Shown here piece by piece: positions 1-10,402 of a stretch of 64,000 bases of DNA; position 1 is the first letter of the stretch, and the number at the start of each line of letters is the position of its first letter. Source of the stretch: Armatimonadota bacterium (GTDB lineage: Bacteria > Armatimonadota > DTGP01 > JAKQQT01). Made by a program: the position numbers and the translations under genes. Where the stretch lies: contig DASXVS010000024.1 of the NCBI GenBank assembly GCA_036504095.1, positions 145,257 through 209,256 on the forward strand, read 5' to 3'. Under the pieces are notes generated by a model that had not been told where the DNA came from, searched no databases, and worked only from the letters and a program-made list of their open reading frames with translations.

Positions 1-450
1 GAACGCGATCATACGCTTGCGGCCGGTGGCGAACCGCGCGAGTTTGAAGGCGGCCTCCACGCTTTCGGTACCGCTGTTGGTGAAGAACACCCGTGTGTCG
101 TCGACTCCCCACGCCGTTGTCGCGGCAAGACGCTCCGCGAGGTTCGCCATGGGGGCGTACCAGAAGTCGGTGCCGCTCATATGCAGCAACCGGCTCGCCT
201 GCGCCTGAATCGCCTCAACAACCTTGGGGTGACAGTGCCCGGTGGAGCAAACCGCGATGCCGGCAGTGAAATCCAGGAACTCGTTGCCGTCCTCGTCCGT
301 GAGCCAGCATCCCTTGCCTGATGCGGCGACGATGGGATAGTCACGCGTGTACGACGGAGAGGTGAACCTGGCGTCCCTCGCGATGACTTCCTGAGCGCGC
401 GGCCCCGGCACATCCGTGACGATTCTCGGCTTTCGATTCGGTGTTTCCAT
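1..450 (-). CDS. Class-III PLP aminotransferase (GabT/ArgD-like), partial: N-terminal 150 codons; the C-terminus lies beyond the window edge
   Basis: The reverse strand from ATG (fwd 448-450) reads METPNRKPRIVTDVPGPRAQEVIARDARFTSPSYTRDYPIVAASGKGCWLTDEDGNEFLDFTAGIAVCSTGHCHPKVVEAIQAQASRLLHMSGTDFWY...FFTNSGTESVEAAFKLAR. This is a typical class-III aminotransferase N-terminus. It is absent from the ORF track because it runs off the window. Confidence 0.75.
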   Translation of the reverse strand, partial: METPNRKPRIVTDVPGPRAQEVIARDARFTSPSYTRDYPIVAASGKGCWLTDEDGNEFLDFTAGIAVCSTGHCHPKVVEAIQAQASRLLHMSGTDFWYAPMANLAERLAATTAWGVDDTRVFFTNSGTESVEAAFKLARFATGRKRMIAF

Positions 451-580
451 GTGATGTCCTTTCGAAATCAGTATCCCACACCATCGTCTGTTTGCCAACC
501 CCTGCTCCGTTAGCATTTTCCACGGTTTCCCAATCGTATAATGACCCGATGGCGCCAAAGCACAGAGATTTGGAGGAAAT

Positions 581-1879
581 GTGATGGTCCCGCAACCAGA
601 AACCACCGCCGGCGATACCTCCTGGTTCACGCACGATCGCTTCGGGATGTTTATCCACTGGGGCCTGTACGCCCTCGGCGCGCGCCACGAATGGCTCAAG
701 AGCATCGAGCGGATCAGCACGGAAGATTACGACAAGTATTTCAAACACTTCGACCCCGATCTCTACGATCCCAACCTCTGGGCGGAAGCGGCCTCCGGCG
801 CCGGGATGATGTACTTCGTCGTGACGACCAAACATCACGAAGGCTTCTGCCTCTGGGACACGGCCCTCACCGACTACAAGGCGCCCAACACGCCCGCCGG
901 TCGCGATCTTCTGAAGCCGATGGTGGATGCCTTCCGTGACCGCGACATGAAGGTCGGATTCTATCACAGCCTGCTGGATTGGCATCACGCGGACTACACC
1001 GTCGACCAGCACCATCCGATGCGCGAGAACGAAGCCTACATCGCCGGCGACTCGCAGCGCGACATGGACCGCTACGCCGCCTACCTGCGCGGCCAGACCG
1101 AGGAGTTGCTCACCCGTTACGGTAAGATCGATATCCTCTGGTTCGATTTCAGCGTGGCGGCGAACGAGCGGTTCGCCGGCAAGGGCAAGGACGCCTGGCA
1201 CAGCGAGGAACTGATCGCCCGCGTGCGGGAACTCCAGCCGGGAATCATCCTCAACGACCGCCTCCAGATCGACCAGGACGTGAAGACTCCGGAGCAGTAT
1301 CAGCCACGCGAGTGGGTCCGCGTGAACGGTAAACCGGTCGTCTGGGAGGCCTGCCAGACCTTCAGCGGCTCGTGGGGCTACCACCGTGATGAGGAATCGT
1401 GGAAAAGCGTGGACCAACTGGTCCAGATGCTGGTGGACAGCGTGAGCAAGGGCGGCAACCTGCTGCTGAACGTCGGCCCCACCGGCCGCGGCGAGTTCGA
1501 CGAGCGCGCCCTGAGCCGCCTGTCCGCGATGGGTGAATGGATGCGCCGCCACTGCCGCAGCATCTACGGCTGCACACAGGCGCCGGACGATTTCGATTGC
1601 CCGCCGGACTGCCGTTATACATACAACCCGGCCACCAACCGCCTGTACCTGCATCTCTTCGCATGGCCGTTCCGCCACGTCCACCTGGATGGCTTCGGCG
1701 ACCGCATCGAGTACGCCCAGCTCCTGAACGACACCAGCGAAGTGAAGATGCTGAGGAGCATCCCAGAAGCGAACTACGGTGCGATGAAGGAAATCCGCGG
1801 CGCCGAGACCGTGACGCTGGAACTGCCCGTGAAGAAGCCCAACGTAACGGTACCGGTGGTGGAGCTGTTCCTGCGGTGA
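581..1879 (+). CDS. alpha-L-fucosidase, glycoside hydrolase family 29
   Basis: FGMFIHWGLYA...HHEGFCLWDT...VGFYHSLLDWHH are GH29 hallmark motifs. GGAGG RBS sits before the ATG. Confidence 0.85.
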   Translation: MMVPQPETTAGDTSWFTHDRFGMFIHWGLYALGARHEWLKSIERISTEDYDKYFKHFDPDLYDPNLWAEAASGAGMMYFVVTTKHHEGFCLWDTALTDYKAPNTPAGRDLLKPMVDAFRDRDMKVGFYHSLLDWHHADYTVDQHHPMRENEAYIAGDSQRDMDRYAAYLRGQTEELLTRYGKIDILWFDFSVAANERFAGKGKDAWHSEELIARVRELQPGIILNDRLQIDQDVKTPEQYQPREWVRVNGKPVVWEACQTFSGSWGYHRDEESWKSVDQLVQMLVDSVSKGGNLLLNVGPTGRGEFDERALSRLSAMGEWMRRHCRSIYGCTQAPDDFDCPPDCRYTYNPATNRLYLHLFAWPFRHVHLDGFGDRIEYAQLLNDTSEVKMLRSIPEANYGAMKEIRGAETVTLELPVKKPNVTVPVVELFLR

Positions 1880-2009
1880 TTTCCGGATTCACCGGATAGG
1901 ACGCGGAGGAGCGCTTAGGTATCGCGGAGGGCGACCGGCGGCGAAGCCGCCCTCCAGACGGGTATTTCAATGCCAGGCACATTCGTGCCGATGTCCGGAG
2001 GTATCACCC

Positions 2010-2885
2010 ATGAAATGGACAATCGCTATCTGTTCCGCGCTGCTGGCTTCTGGCGGCGCCGTTGCTGCTCCCAAGCCCGCGCAGAGAGTCCCCGTCCCGC
2101 CGCCCATCCGAGGCGAGGGCTACGCTCTCGTCGAAGACTGGGACTTCGGGAAGACCATCAAGACCCTGGCCCAGCTGCGCGACCGGTTCTACACGCGCTA
2201 TGTCTACGACGACGGCAAGTGCGACACTCTTTCCGGGAACGGCGAATGGGAACGGTACCGGGACAACGATAATCACCGAATCGCGGGCGGCGACCTGCTC
2301 CTGATCGCGCGGGCGCAGGGCGGCTTGGTCAACGGCGGCATCGAGAGCGGCATGCTGCGCTCGAAGTGGACCGGCAAATACGGCTACTACGAGTGCCGTA
2401 TGAAAGTACCTGCCGGCCGCGGCCTGTGGCCCGCTTTCTGGTTGAACCCGCAGGATGCGAAGTGGCCGCCGGAGATCGACGTGATGGAGATTGTAGACAA
2501 CGGGCGAGACACCACGAAGAACAGCTTCCACAACGTCCACCCGGGCAAGTCCGAGACACCGGAGACTGTGTCCACGAAGCTCGACAAGTGGGGCTCCTAC
2601 CGCCCCGGCTTCGACTACAAGGACGGCTATCACACGTTCGCAGTGAAATGGACGCCGGACACCGTGTGCCATTACGTGGATGGGGTGATGGTCGCGGAGC
2701 GCCGCAATTACCATTGGCGCCACGATGACGGGACTGATGGCGGCACCGCTCACGTGCTGGTGAATCTCGCCGTCGGCGGCAGCTGGCCCGGGCCACCGGA
2801 CGCGGCGACCCCGTTCCCGGCCACCCTGGCGATCGACTATATTCGGGTGTGGCAAATGAAGGGCGCGGGCGGCTTACCACGGTAG
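2010..2885 (+). CDS. secreted glycoside hydrolase family 16 (beta-glucanase/laminarinase-like)
   Basis: Has a signal peptide. GH16 catalytic motif EIDVMEIV (ExDxxE) and GYYECRMKVPAGRGLWPAFWL are present. Confidence 0.8.
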   Translation: MKWTIAICSALLASGGAVAAPKPAQRVPVPPPIRGEGYALVEDWDFGKTIKTLAQLRDRFYTRYVYDDGKCDTLSGNGEWERYRDNDNHRIAGGDLLLIARAQGGLVNGGIESGMLRSKWTGKYGYYECRMKVPAGRGLWPAFWLNPQDAKWPPEIDVMEIVDNGRDTTKNSFHNVHPGKSETPETVSTKLDKWGSYRPGFDYKDGYHTFAVKWTPDTVCHYVDGVMVAERRNYHWRHDDGTDGGTAHVLVNLAVGGSWPGPPDAATPFPATLAIDYIRVWQMKGAGGLPR

Positions 2886-2912
2886 GTCGGGCACGGAGGC
2901 CCGACCTACCGT

Positions 2913-3830
2913 GTGAGGCATGGTCTGTTGAAACGTAAAGACCGCAGGAACCTCCTCTACTCCCTCCTCGGCGATCTGCCACCCCGGGACCGGCCGGTGT
3001 CAGCGGAAACCCTTCGCGTGGAGGAGCGCGGCAACTACACGCTGGAGGTTTTGCGGCTGGACCTGAACGGCGAGGAGCCGGTTCCAGCGTACTTCACCCG
3101 CCCGAAAACGCCCGGGCCGTGGCCGGCGGTGATCTATAACCACTCCCATGGCGGCAACTACGCCTTGGGCAAGGACGAGTTTCTCCATGGCCGGGAGTAC
3201 ATCGTGTCGCCCTGGGCGGATGAACTCGCCCTGAGGGGCATCTGCGCCCTCTGCATCGACCATCGCTGCTTCGGCGAACGGCGCGATTTGTCCGAGTCGG
3301 AAGCGTTCAAACTGGCGCTATGGCGCGGGCAGGTGTTGTGGGGCCTGATGGTCTACGACACTTTGAAGGCCACCGACTACCTCGTTTCGCGGCCGGACGT
3401 TTTCCCTTCCCGCATCGCGACGCTGGGGATGTCGATGGGCAGCGTGATGGCCCAGTGGCACGCCGCGCTGGACGAGCGGGTGGCCGCCTGCGTGGATATC
3501 TGCTGCCTCACGGATTACGCGTCGCTCATCGCGCGCCGGCGCCTCGACGCGCACGGTCTCTATTACTACGTTCCTGGACTGCTGAAGGAGTTCACCGCTG
3601 CCGATGTCAACGCGCTGATCTGTCCACGCCCGCATCTGGCCCTGGCGGGCAACATGGACGGTCTCACGCCGCCCGAAGGCCTCGACCGCATCGACGCGCA
3701 ACTGAGACAGGTGTATGCCGATGCCGGCGTGCTTCGGGCCTGGGAATTGGAGCGGTACCCGTGCGGCCACGTGGAGCTGCCGGAAATGAGAGAGCGGGCC
3801 ATCAGGTTCCTGGCAAATGCGATGCAGTGA
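2913..3830 (+). CDS. alpha/beta-hydrolase, acetyl-xylan-esterase/dienelactone-hydrolase-like
   Basis: Nucleophile elbow GMSMGS (GxSxG); overall AXE1-like arrangement. Confidence 0.6.
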   Translation: MRHGLLKRKDRRNLLYSLLGDLPPRDRPVSAETLRVEERGNYTLEVLRLDLNGEEPVPAYFTRPKTPGPWPAVIYNHSHGGNYALGKDEFLHGREYIVSPWADELALRGICALCIDHRCFGERRDLSESEAFKLALWRGQVLWGLMVYDTLKATDYLVSRPDVFPSRIATLGMSMGSVMAQWHAALDERVAACVDICCLTDYASLIARRRLDAHGLYYYVPGLLKEFTAADVNALICPRPHLALAGNMDGLTPPEGLDRIDAQLRQVYADAGVLRAWELERYPCGHVELPEMRERAIRFLANAMQ

Positions 3831-3891
3831 TGGGGAAAGGGGAAATTGATGCGAGCCATTTTCCTCGTTTGCCCCTTCTCCCATTCCCGCA

Positions 3892-4938
3892 ATGACTATC
3901 CTGTCTTGCGTGAGAACCCTCGCGATGTTGATCCTTCTGGCCCTGCCGGCGGCCGCGGCGCCGCGGACCCAACCCGTTGCCCGTTTCGCGGACGAGATCA
4001 TCCGGAGACAGGCGCCGGATGGCGCCATCGTTCAGGATCGGCTGTCCCCCGCCACCAACCGGGTTGTCCCCTATTTCTCCAACCTCGCCGCCTTGGGCCT
4101 GTTGAGCGCGCATAGCGTCACCCACGATGTGCGGTACCTCCGATCCGCGAAGAAGTGGGCGGCCTGGTATGCCGCCCATATGAACGCGGATGGGACCGTT
4201 TATGACCACACCGGCGCGCCCGGCGCATGGAAGCCAACCGGCGAATACGATTCGACCGATTCCTACGCCGCAACCTACCTGGAGCTTCTGGATGGGATCG
4301 CCCGCGTTGACAAGCCCTGGGCGGTAGCGCGTTACGCTTCGGCCGGCAATGCGGTCAAGGCGATTATCCTGACGCTTCAGCCTGTCGGCCTGACGCTCGC
4401 GAAGCCGATGTGGCCGGTGATGTACGTGATGGATAACGTGGAAACCTCCCGCGGGCTGCGCGCCGCTGCCCACCTGGCGTCATTGTGCGGCAAGACGATT
4501 GACGGCAAGGACTGGGCTGCCAGGGCCGATCGCATGGAGAAGGCCATCGAAACGTCGTTGTGGGATCCCGGACGCAACTGCTATCTGGTGGGTCTCCAAC
4601 CCGACGGAGGGAAGATGCGAGCGGCTGGTGAATGGTATCCCGGAGTGATGGCGAACCTGATGGCGATCTCCTGGGCCGTTCCTTCAAAGCGCCACGCGAA
4701 ACTGTACGCCAATATGCTCAAGCAACCGTCCGCTGCGCTGCCCGCTTTGGTGAAGACCGAGGACGACATGGATCACCTTGTCTGGTGGGGGCTTGCGGCA
4801 CGCGCCGCGGGCGATGCGACGCGGCTCCGCGACATAGCGTCCAAGATTGAGGGCTGCGATCCTAAGGCGGTCCCACTACCCAATACGGCCCTGCTGGGCC
4901 AAGCGTGCCGCCTCTTGGCGTCGCGCAAGGAGAACTAG
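3892..4938 (+). CDS. secreted hypothetical protein
   Basis: N-terminal signal peptide LILLALPAAAA; no recognisable catalytic motif. Confidence 0.5.
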   Translation: MTILSCVRTLAMLILLALPAAAAPRTQPVARFADEIIRRQAPDGAIVQDRLSPATNRVVPYFSNLAALGLLSAHSVTHDVRYLRSAKKWAAWYAAHMNADGTVYDHTGAPGAWKPTGEYDSTDSYAATYLELLDGIARVDKPWAVARYASAGNAVKAIILTLQPVGLTLAKPMWPVMYVMDNVETSRGLRAAAHLASLCGKTIDGKDWAARADRMEKAIETSLWDPGRNCYLVGLQPDGGKMRAAGEWYPGVMANLMAISWAVPSKRHAKLYANMLKQPSAALPALVKTEDDMDHLVWWGLAARAAGDATRLRDIASKIEGCDPKAVPLPNTALLGQACRLLASRKEN

Positions 4939-6471
4939 ATGCAGGCAAGATCCCTCGCGCTCATCATACTATTGCCATTCGCGGCTCACGCCGCCCCGGT
5001 CATTCCGAAGGACGGGATGATCCTGAAAGAGAGCGCCACCTTGGAGCCGGGGACGTATGCCCTGCCCCACGGCATCGTCATCGGTGCGGACAACGTCACG
5101 CTGGATGCGAAGGGCGCGGTCTTCACCGGCGGAGGCGACGGCCAGGCCGTGTTCGTGAAGGGCAACAACGGCGTAACCATCAGGGGGCTTGAGGCATCAC
5201 GCTACAAATGGGGAGTGCGGGTCGAAGGCGGGAAGAACATCAAAGTGCAGGATTGCCGGATACGCGACACGCCCGAGGCTCCGCCGGACGACACCTGGCT
5301 GGATATCTGGCTCGGGCCGAAGGACGCCTACGGTGGTGCGATCATCTTGTTTGACGTGAAAGGCGGATTGGTGTCCGGCAACGACGTTCAGCACCAGCAG
5401 AACGGCGTCATGATGTACAGCTGCTCCGGGCTGACGGTGGAGAAGAACAACGCGTCATTCCAGAGCGGGTTTGGCATCCACATGTACGGCTCAAGCGACA
5501 ACATCGTCCAGGACAATATCGCGGACTGGTGCAACCGCATCCACAAACGCGGCGAACGATATTACTATCCCGGGGCCGATGCCACCGGAATCCTCATGGT
5601 TGTGAATTGCAGCCGCAACAAGATCCTCCGCAACTTCTTCCGGGGCGGTGGGGACGGCGTCTTTGTGGCGGGCTACAACCCCGACCTCGGAAAAGTACCT
5701 TGCAATGACAACCTCTTCGAGGACAATGACTGCTCCTATTCGCCGAACAACGCCTTTGAGGCAACCTTCTGCAAGGGGAACATCTTCCGCAACAATCGCG
5801 CGGGCTTCTCGAACTACGGGTTCTGGCTGGGCTACAGCATCGACACCAAGATCGAGGGGAATGAAGTGAGGCGCAACCGGATCGCCGGCATCGCGATTGA
5901 ACACGGTCTGCGGAACGAAATCGCGGATAACCACCTCTCCAGCAACGGCCGGGGGATCGCGCTCTGGGCGAACGCCGCCGCGCAATTCAATGCCGCGTGG
6001 CCGGACCAGGCCACCAGCGCGAACAATGTGATCCGCGGAAACTCCGTTTGTGCAAACGGCATTGGCCTTCTGGTGAAGGTTGAGGGCCAAGTCACCCCCA
6101 AGAGCCGCCCTCACGACGACACGGTTTCCGGCAACACCTTCTATGGGAATGATGTCGGCGCGTTGGTGATGAATGCGGACGCCGAAGTGATCAAGGGCAA
6201 CCGCTTCGAGAACAACACCGTCGCCGGTCTGCGCCTGGAATCCAACGCGAAGGCGTCTATCACGGGCAACGCGTTTGCGGATCAACCGCTGAACGCATGG
6301 TCGGACAGCGCCGGGGTCTGGGACGGCAACCAGTGGGCGGGAGCCGTAAACGGGCCTGTCAGTATTGCGGGAGGTCCAGGCAAAGATGAGCACCCGGCGA
6401 AGGAAGTAACGGCGCCGGCATCCACTACGCTTTCAACGATGATGGACGTGTTACGCGGAACGCCACGCTAG
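4939..6471 (+). CDS. secreted right-handed parallel beta-helix (PbH1/NosD/pectate-lyase-like) repeat protein
   Basis: Signal peptide. Multiple GN/NN-rich beta-helix repeat units (NNxxxGxxLxxxxN pattern). Confidence 0.7.
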   Translation: MQARSLALIILLPFAAHAAPVIPKDGMILKESATLEPGTYALPHGIVIGADNVTLDAKGAVFTGGGDGQAVFVKGNNGVTIRGLEASRYKWGVRVEGGKNIKVQDCRIRDTPEAPPDDTWLDIWLGPKDAYGGAIILFDVKGGLVSGNDVQHQQNGVMMYSCSGLTVEKNNASFQSGFGIHMYGSSDNIVQDNIADWCNRIHKRGERYYYPGADATGILMVVNCSRNKILRNFFRGGGDGVFVAGYNPDLGKVPCNDNLFEDNDCSYSPNNAFEATFCKGNIFRNNRAGFSNYGFWLGYSIDTKIEGNEVRRNRIAGIAIEHGLRNEIADNHLSSNGRGIALWANAAAQFNAAWPDQATSANNVIRGNSVCANGIGLLVKVEGQVTPKSRPHDDTVSGNTFYGNDVGALVMNADAEVIKGNRFENNTVAGLRLESNAKASITGNAFADQPLNAWSDSAGVWDGNQWAGAVNGPVSIAGGPGKDEHPAKEVTAPASTTLSTMMDVLRGTPR

Positions 6472-6502
6472 GGCGGAAGCGACCGGGGGGCGCGCTGCCG
6501 GA

Positions 6503-6868
6503 TCAGGGGCGGATGAGTTTGATCGCGTCCTCCACGTTCATAGCGACGTGCAGGACGTGGTCTACCTGAAGCACGCGAAGGCCTGTGAGCACAATGCCGG
6601 GCGATTTGACCGCCACGCTGAACAAAGCGTTATTGTCCGACGCCATCTTGGCGAGTCCAACCAGCATGCCGTAGCCCGCCGAGTCCATAAAGGCGACTTG
6701 CGTGAGGTCGATGACCACGGGCTGCCCCATCGTGAGCACCGGGGAGACCTCGAGGCGGACATAAGGCGTCGTGTGCATATCACAGTCGCCAATCAGGTGG
6801 AATACAGCGATGCCGTCCACGTCTTCGCGCTGCGTCTTCAGATGTTTGGTGGGGTCGAATTCATCCAT
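6503..6868 (-). CDS. STAS-domain anti-sigma-factor antagonist (SpoIIAA-like)
   Basis: STAS-like sequence VVIDLTQVAFMDSAGYGMLVGLAK. The start is taken at the internal MDEFDP, since the longer ORF N-terminus looks spurious. Confidence 0.6.
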   Translation of the reverse strand: MDEFDPTKHLKTQREDVDGIAVFHLIGDCDMHTTPYVRLEVSPVLTMGQPVVIDLTQVAFMDSAGYGMLVGLAKMASDNNALFSVAVKSPGIVLTGLRVLQVDHVLHVAMNVEDAIKLIRP

Positions 6869-7061
6869 GGTCTTGCGTCCGATGTGCCAAAAAACACTGT
6901 AACCAAATGCGACGCCGCTTGTAAAGCGGCGCGTTACTGGAGCGGGGCGGGCCGCACGCGATAAACTGAATTCAGCCAATGATTCAACGCCTCAACGAGT
7001 CCCTCATCCGTTGACCGCGGTTCCGGCCCGTGGGCCGGCATTTCGTAAGGAGAACACACAA

Positions 7062-7631
7062 TTGAAACGTCTCATTCCCGCGCTCCTGCTGGGCGCTTTA
7101 TGCTTGACCGGCGCCAAAGCCGCCGCGACCGACCCCACGGTGATTCTGACGACCAGCAAGGGCGTCATCACGATCAAGGTCTACCAGAACGAAGCCCCGA
7201 TCACGGCGGGCAACTTCCTCGACCTTGTGAAGCGGGGGTTCTACAGGAACATGGTCTTCCATCGCGTGGCCCAGGACCCGCCGGTCATCCAGACGGGCGA
7301 TCCGCTCGGCAACGGCACCGGCGGATTCATCGATCCGAAGACACACCGCGAACGGACCATTGCGCTTGAGACCAAGCCCTCCCTGAAGCATGACGCTGCG
7401 GGCGTGGTCGCCATGGCGCGTTCCCAGGAGCCGAATTCAGCGTCTTCGCAGTTCTACATCACAACGGCGCCCATTCCGTACCTGGATGGGGGTTATGCTG
7501 TGTTCGGCCGCGTGGTGAAGGGGCTGGACGTGGTGAAGAAGATCCGCGTGGGCGACAAATTCATCAGCGCCAGGCTCGTCGGCGGCAAGGTCTTGGTGAA
7601 GCCTGCCCCAAAGGCGAAGGCGAAGAAGTAG
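7062..7631 (+). CDS. ppiA: cyclophilin-type peptidyl-prolyl cis-trans isomerase, secreted
   Basis: Cyclophilin motifs FHRV...IQTGDP..GNGTGG and SQFYITT. AAGGAG RBS lies 9 nt before TTG at 7062, which gives a signal peptide. A longer ORF from 7011 is possible. Confidence 0.8.
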   Translation: MKRLIPALLLGALCLTGAKAAATDPTVILTTSKGVITIKVYQNEAPITAGNFLDLVKRGFYRNMVFHRVAQDPPVIQTGDPLGNGTGGFIDPKTHRERTIALETKPSLKHDAAGVVAMARSQEPNSASSQFYITTAPIPYLDGGYAVFGRVVKGLDVVKKIRVGDKFISARLVGGKVLVKPAPKAKAKK

Positions 7632-7719
7632 CGTTCCGGAGGGCCAATCGCGCCGGTTCCGGCCTGTCAAAGGCTGGAACCGGCGCTTTTTCATTTGCGT
7701 TAACACCCGCACTCCCGGC

Positions 7720-10074
7720 TCAGGCTTTCAAGCCCCGCATCAGCACATCGTAGGCGTAAACAGCGACCAGCATTTCCTCTCTGTCCGGGGGGCGGATGCG
7801 AGCCTGAACGGCGATCCAGTTCAGCGCATCGGCAGCCGGGTGAAGGTTCGGCGGAATCGAGCCCGCCTTGGCGGCGCTGAACCGCAGGTGGTGAATCGCG
7901 CGGGCCATTTCGTCCCTTCCAAGGGCGTTCAAGGCGGCCTCCGCCCGCAGCGCCGCTGAAAGGCGCCCCGATTTGCGGAGTTCCTTCGCGTGACCGGTGA
8001 GCATCTCCGACATCACCGCGTCCAACGCGTATTCGTCCATGGCCATCCACGCGTAGATCTCGCCTTCGGTGCCGATGAGTGTTGCCACCGCGTTGGCCAT
8101 TTCGCGCCGAAGCAGCACGGTGTCCACGGCCTCCAGCCGTTGGAGCAGCGGCACAACGGCGCGTTCGTCGCCCAGTTTGGCGAGCGCGTCGCCGAGGGCG
8201 CTCACCTCCTGCGGCTCCAGCGCTTCGTTCGACCTCAACATTTCCGTCAGCGGTTCCGCCATGCTCTCGTCACCGAGCTCACCCAGGGACTGGATGGCGG
8301 CGGCGCGTGCGGGGTGTTCCGGCTCTTCCGCGATTTCCAGCAGCGTTTCGGCGGCCTGCGAGGTTCCAAGCTTTGCGATCGCCTGTGCAGCCGCCTGTGT
8401 GAACGCGGAATCGTGCCCGCCGTCCTCTTCCATCGCCCGGATGATCGCGATCGCTGCGCGATCGTCGCCCAGTTTGCCGAGCGAGACGACCGCCTGGACA
8501 CGGATCCCCGCGCCGGGGTTGTTCAGCGCCGCCAACAGCGGCTCGATGGCGCGCGTGTCCTCCATCTCACCCAGCGCCAGCGCGGCCTGGCGTCGAACCG
8601 CGAGAACGGGATCGTCCAAAGCTTCAACGAGTTCTTCAAATCCGATGCGGGCCTTCATGTGCCCGAGCGCCCGCGCGGACCGGGCGCGTACGCCGGGCTC
8701 CGAGGCCCCGCGGATGCGCCGGACGTGCTTCAGTGTTCCCATCGGGCTGGAAGAAGCCATGCGGCCGAGCACGTCGCGCACATCCTCGGAGCGCGGCTCG
8801 GAGAGGGACCGAAGAAGCGGGATCAGCGCGAGGCGCAGGACCATCGAAATCAGCATCGAGATCTTGTAGTTGTTGATATCGATGATGCCGACGTGGATAT
8901 GCGCCTGCTTCGTCGCGGTGACCAGCAAGCCTCCGACCGTCGGGGCGATGAACCCCGCCATCCCGACAACCGCCGTCCATAGCGCGCTGTATCGCGGCAT
9001 GTTGTCCGACGGCGAGAGGCGCAGCATCAGGTTGAACTGGGTGATTCCGAGCATCGCGCCCGCGACACCGGAGACCAGCTGCGCCACCATCAAGATGCCC
9101 AGAGTGACCCCAGGCAACTGGTTCGGCGTAAGCGCCCAGAGCAGCGGCACGAAGCAGATGACGACGTAGGCGATCTTGTAGAGCGCGCGATTGCCGTACT
9201 TGTCCACCAGGTAGCCCACAACCGGCGCCGCGCACAGCGTGCAGAGCGTCGCGAAGCCGGATACCACCTGCACCTTGAACGTGGGGTACTTCAGCGTGTC
9301 CAGCATATACACGCCAAAGAACGGCCCTGCGACGCCTTGCGCGAACACCCATAATGCGAAATGCGTCAGGAACCTGCGGAATGGCGCATTGCGGAGCGGC
9401 ACGCGGAAATACTCCACGCTGAACTCGGAGCGTGTCTTCGACGGCGCCTTTAGCGGCTCCGGCTGGCGCAGCAGCGTGAGCATATTCACGATGCCGACCA
9501 GTCCCGCGCATCCGAACAGGGTTCCGAACGCTATCCGCGGGGAGAACTGTATGCTGGCGAAATCCAGGTATCGCGTGAAGATCAGCGCCGCGATCAATCC
9601 GGCGATGTTGAGCCAGATGCTGCGTCGCGCGAAATAGCGCCCGCGCATGCCGGCCGGCACGAGATCGTTCATCCACGAAGTCCATGCCGGTACGCCGATC
9701 TGTACGCCTGCCCACGACACGAACATCACGATCAGCAGAACGCCGATCGCCCCGGAGCGCGGTAGGGTAAACGCCGCCAGCGCAACCAGGAACCATGAGA
9801 TGCGCCCGCTCCCGGCGACGATCGCCACGAATTTCCGCCGTTCGGAACGGCGATCCACGAAGATGGCGGCCGGCAGCGTGGTGAGCCCGGCCAGCGCCTG
9901 GAAAGCCGCGATGAGGCCCTGCACGAGGCCGGATGCACCCAGGGAAAGCGCGAATGCCTGGGGGATGGTTCCGAGCGAAAGGGAGGTCCACACCGTCGCG
10001 AGGATGCCCTCGGTGGTGCTCATCTTCATTCCGTGCAGTTTTTCGAGGCGGGATAATTCCTTTGGCATGGTCAA
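7720..10074 (-). CDS. MFS transporter (12 TM, N-terminal ~420 aa) fused to a C-terminal HEAT/PBS-lyase-like repeat domain (~360 aa)
   Basis: The N-terminal half is hydrophobic with an MFS-like loop (FVDRRSERRK). The C-terminal half has repeated LGxxGDxRAxxPL-type HEAT units. Confidence 0.7.
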   Translation of the reverse strand: MTMPKELSRLEKLHGMKMSTTEGILATVWTSLSLGTIPQAFALSLGASGLVQGLIAAFQALAGLTTLPAAIFVDRRSERRKFVAIVAGSGRISWFLVALAAFTLPRSGAIGVLLIVMFVSWAGVQIGVPAWTSWMNDLVPAGMRGRYFARRSIWLNIAGLIAALIFTRYLDFASIQFSPRIAFGTLFGCAGLVGIVNMLTLLRQPEPLKAPSKTRSEFSVEYFRVPLRNAPFRRFLTHFALWVFAQGVAGPFFGVYMLDTLKYPTFKVQVVSGFATLCTLCAAPVVGYLVDKYGNRALYKIAYVVICFVPLLWALTPNQLPGVTLGILMVAQLVSGVAGAMLGITQFNLMLRLSPSDNMPRYSALWTAVVGMAGFIAPTVGGLLVTATKQAHIHVGIIDINNYKISMLISMVLRLALIPLLRSLSEPRSEDVRDVLGRMASSSPMGTLKHVRRIRGASEPGVRARSARALGHMKARIGFEELVEALDDPVLAVRRQAALALGEMEDTRAIEPLLAALNNPGAGIRVQAVVSLGKLGDDRAAIAIIRAMEEDGGHDSAFTQAAAQAIAKLGTSQAAETLLEIAEEPEHPARAAAIQSLGELGDESMAEPLTEMLRSNEALEPQEVSALGDALAKLGDERAVVPLLQRLEAVDTVLLRREMANAVATLIGTEGEIYAWMAMDEYALDAVMSEMLTGHAKELRKSGRLSAALRAEAALNALGRDEMARAIHHLRFSAAKAGSIPPNLHPAADALNWIAVQARIRPPDREEMLVAVYAYDVLMRGLKA

Positions 10075-10402
10075 TTAGAGTATGTAACGCACCTTCGTGC
10101 GCCACGCCTGCCCGGTGCGCTGGACGGTTGAACGCGGGACGCCGGCACGGGCCGGATTGAGCGTTGGCCTTTCCGGCTGGTACATCGCCCATTCATGAGA
10201 TTGATCGGCTGCGACACGCCGTTAGCTTTCGTTAGCCTGCCGCTCCCCCTACGCCATAGGATGACGGAACTGGTGCAATCATGCAAGGCCGGCACGCGTT
10301 TGCCGAACACGTTGTAACACCTCGCCTCAATGCCCGGCTGGGATAGCATGTCCTTGGCGCCAGGAAGGGCGTCACATATTCCCATCCCCTTCAATCCCAA
10401 GT

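Noticed and set aside
341-1684. 447-aa ORF on the minus strand opposite the GH29 gene
   Set aside because: It is antisense to a gene with clear family motifs. High-GC DNA gives long stop-free antisense frames, and the product is R/A/G-rich with no motifs.
8636-10192. 518-aa minus-strand ORF and the 330/266-aa plus-strand ORFs (7990..8982, 8069..8869) overlapping the MFS-HEAT gene
   Set aside because: These are alternative frames of a well-supported gene. The compositions are Arg/Pro/Ala-rich and typical of GC artefacts.
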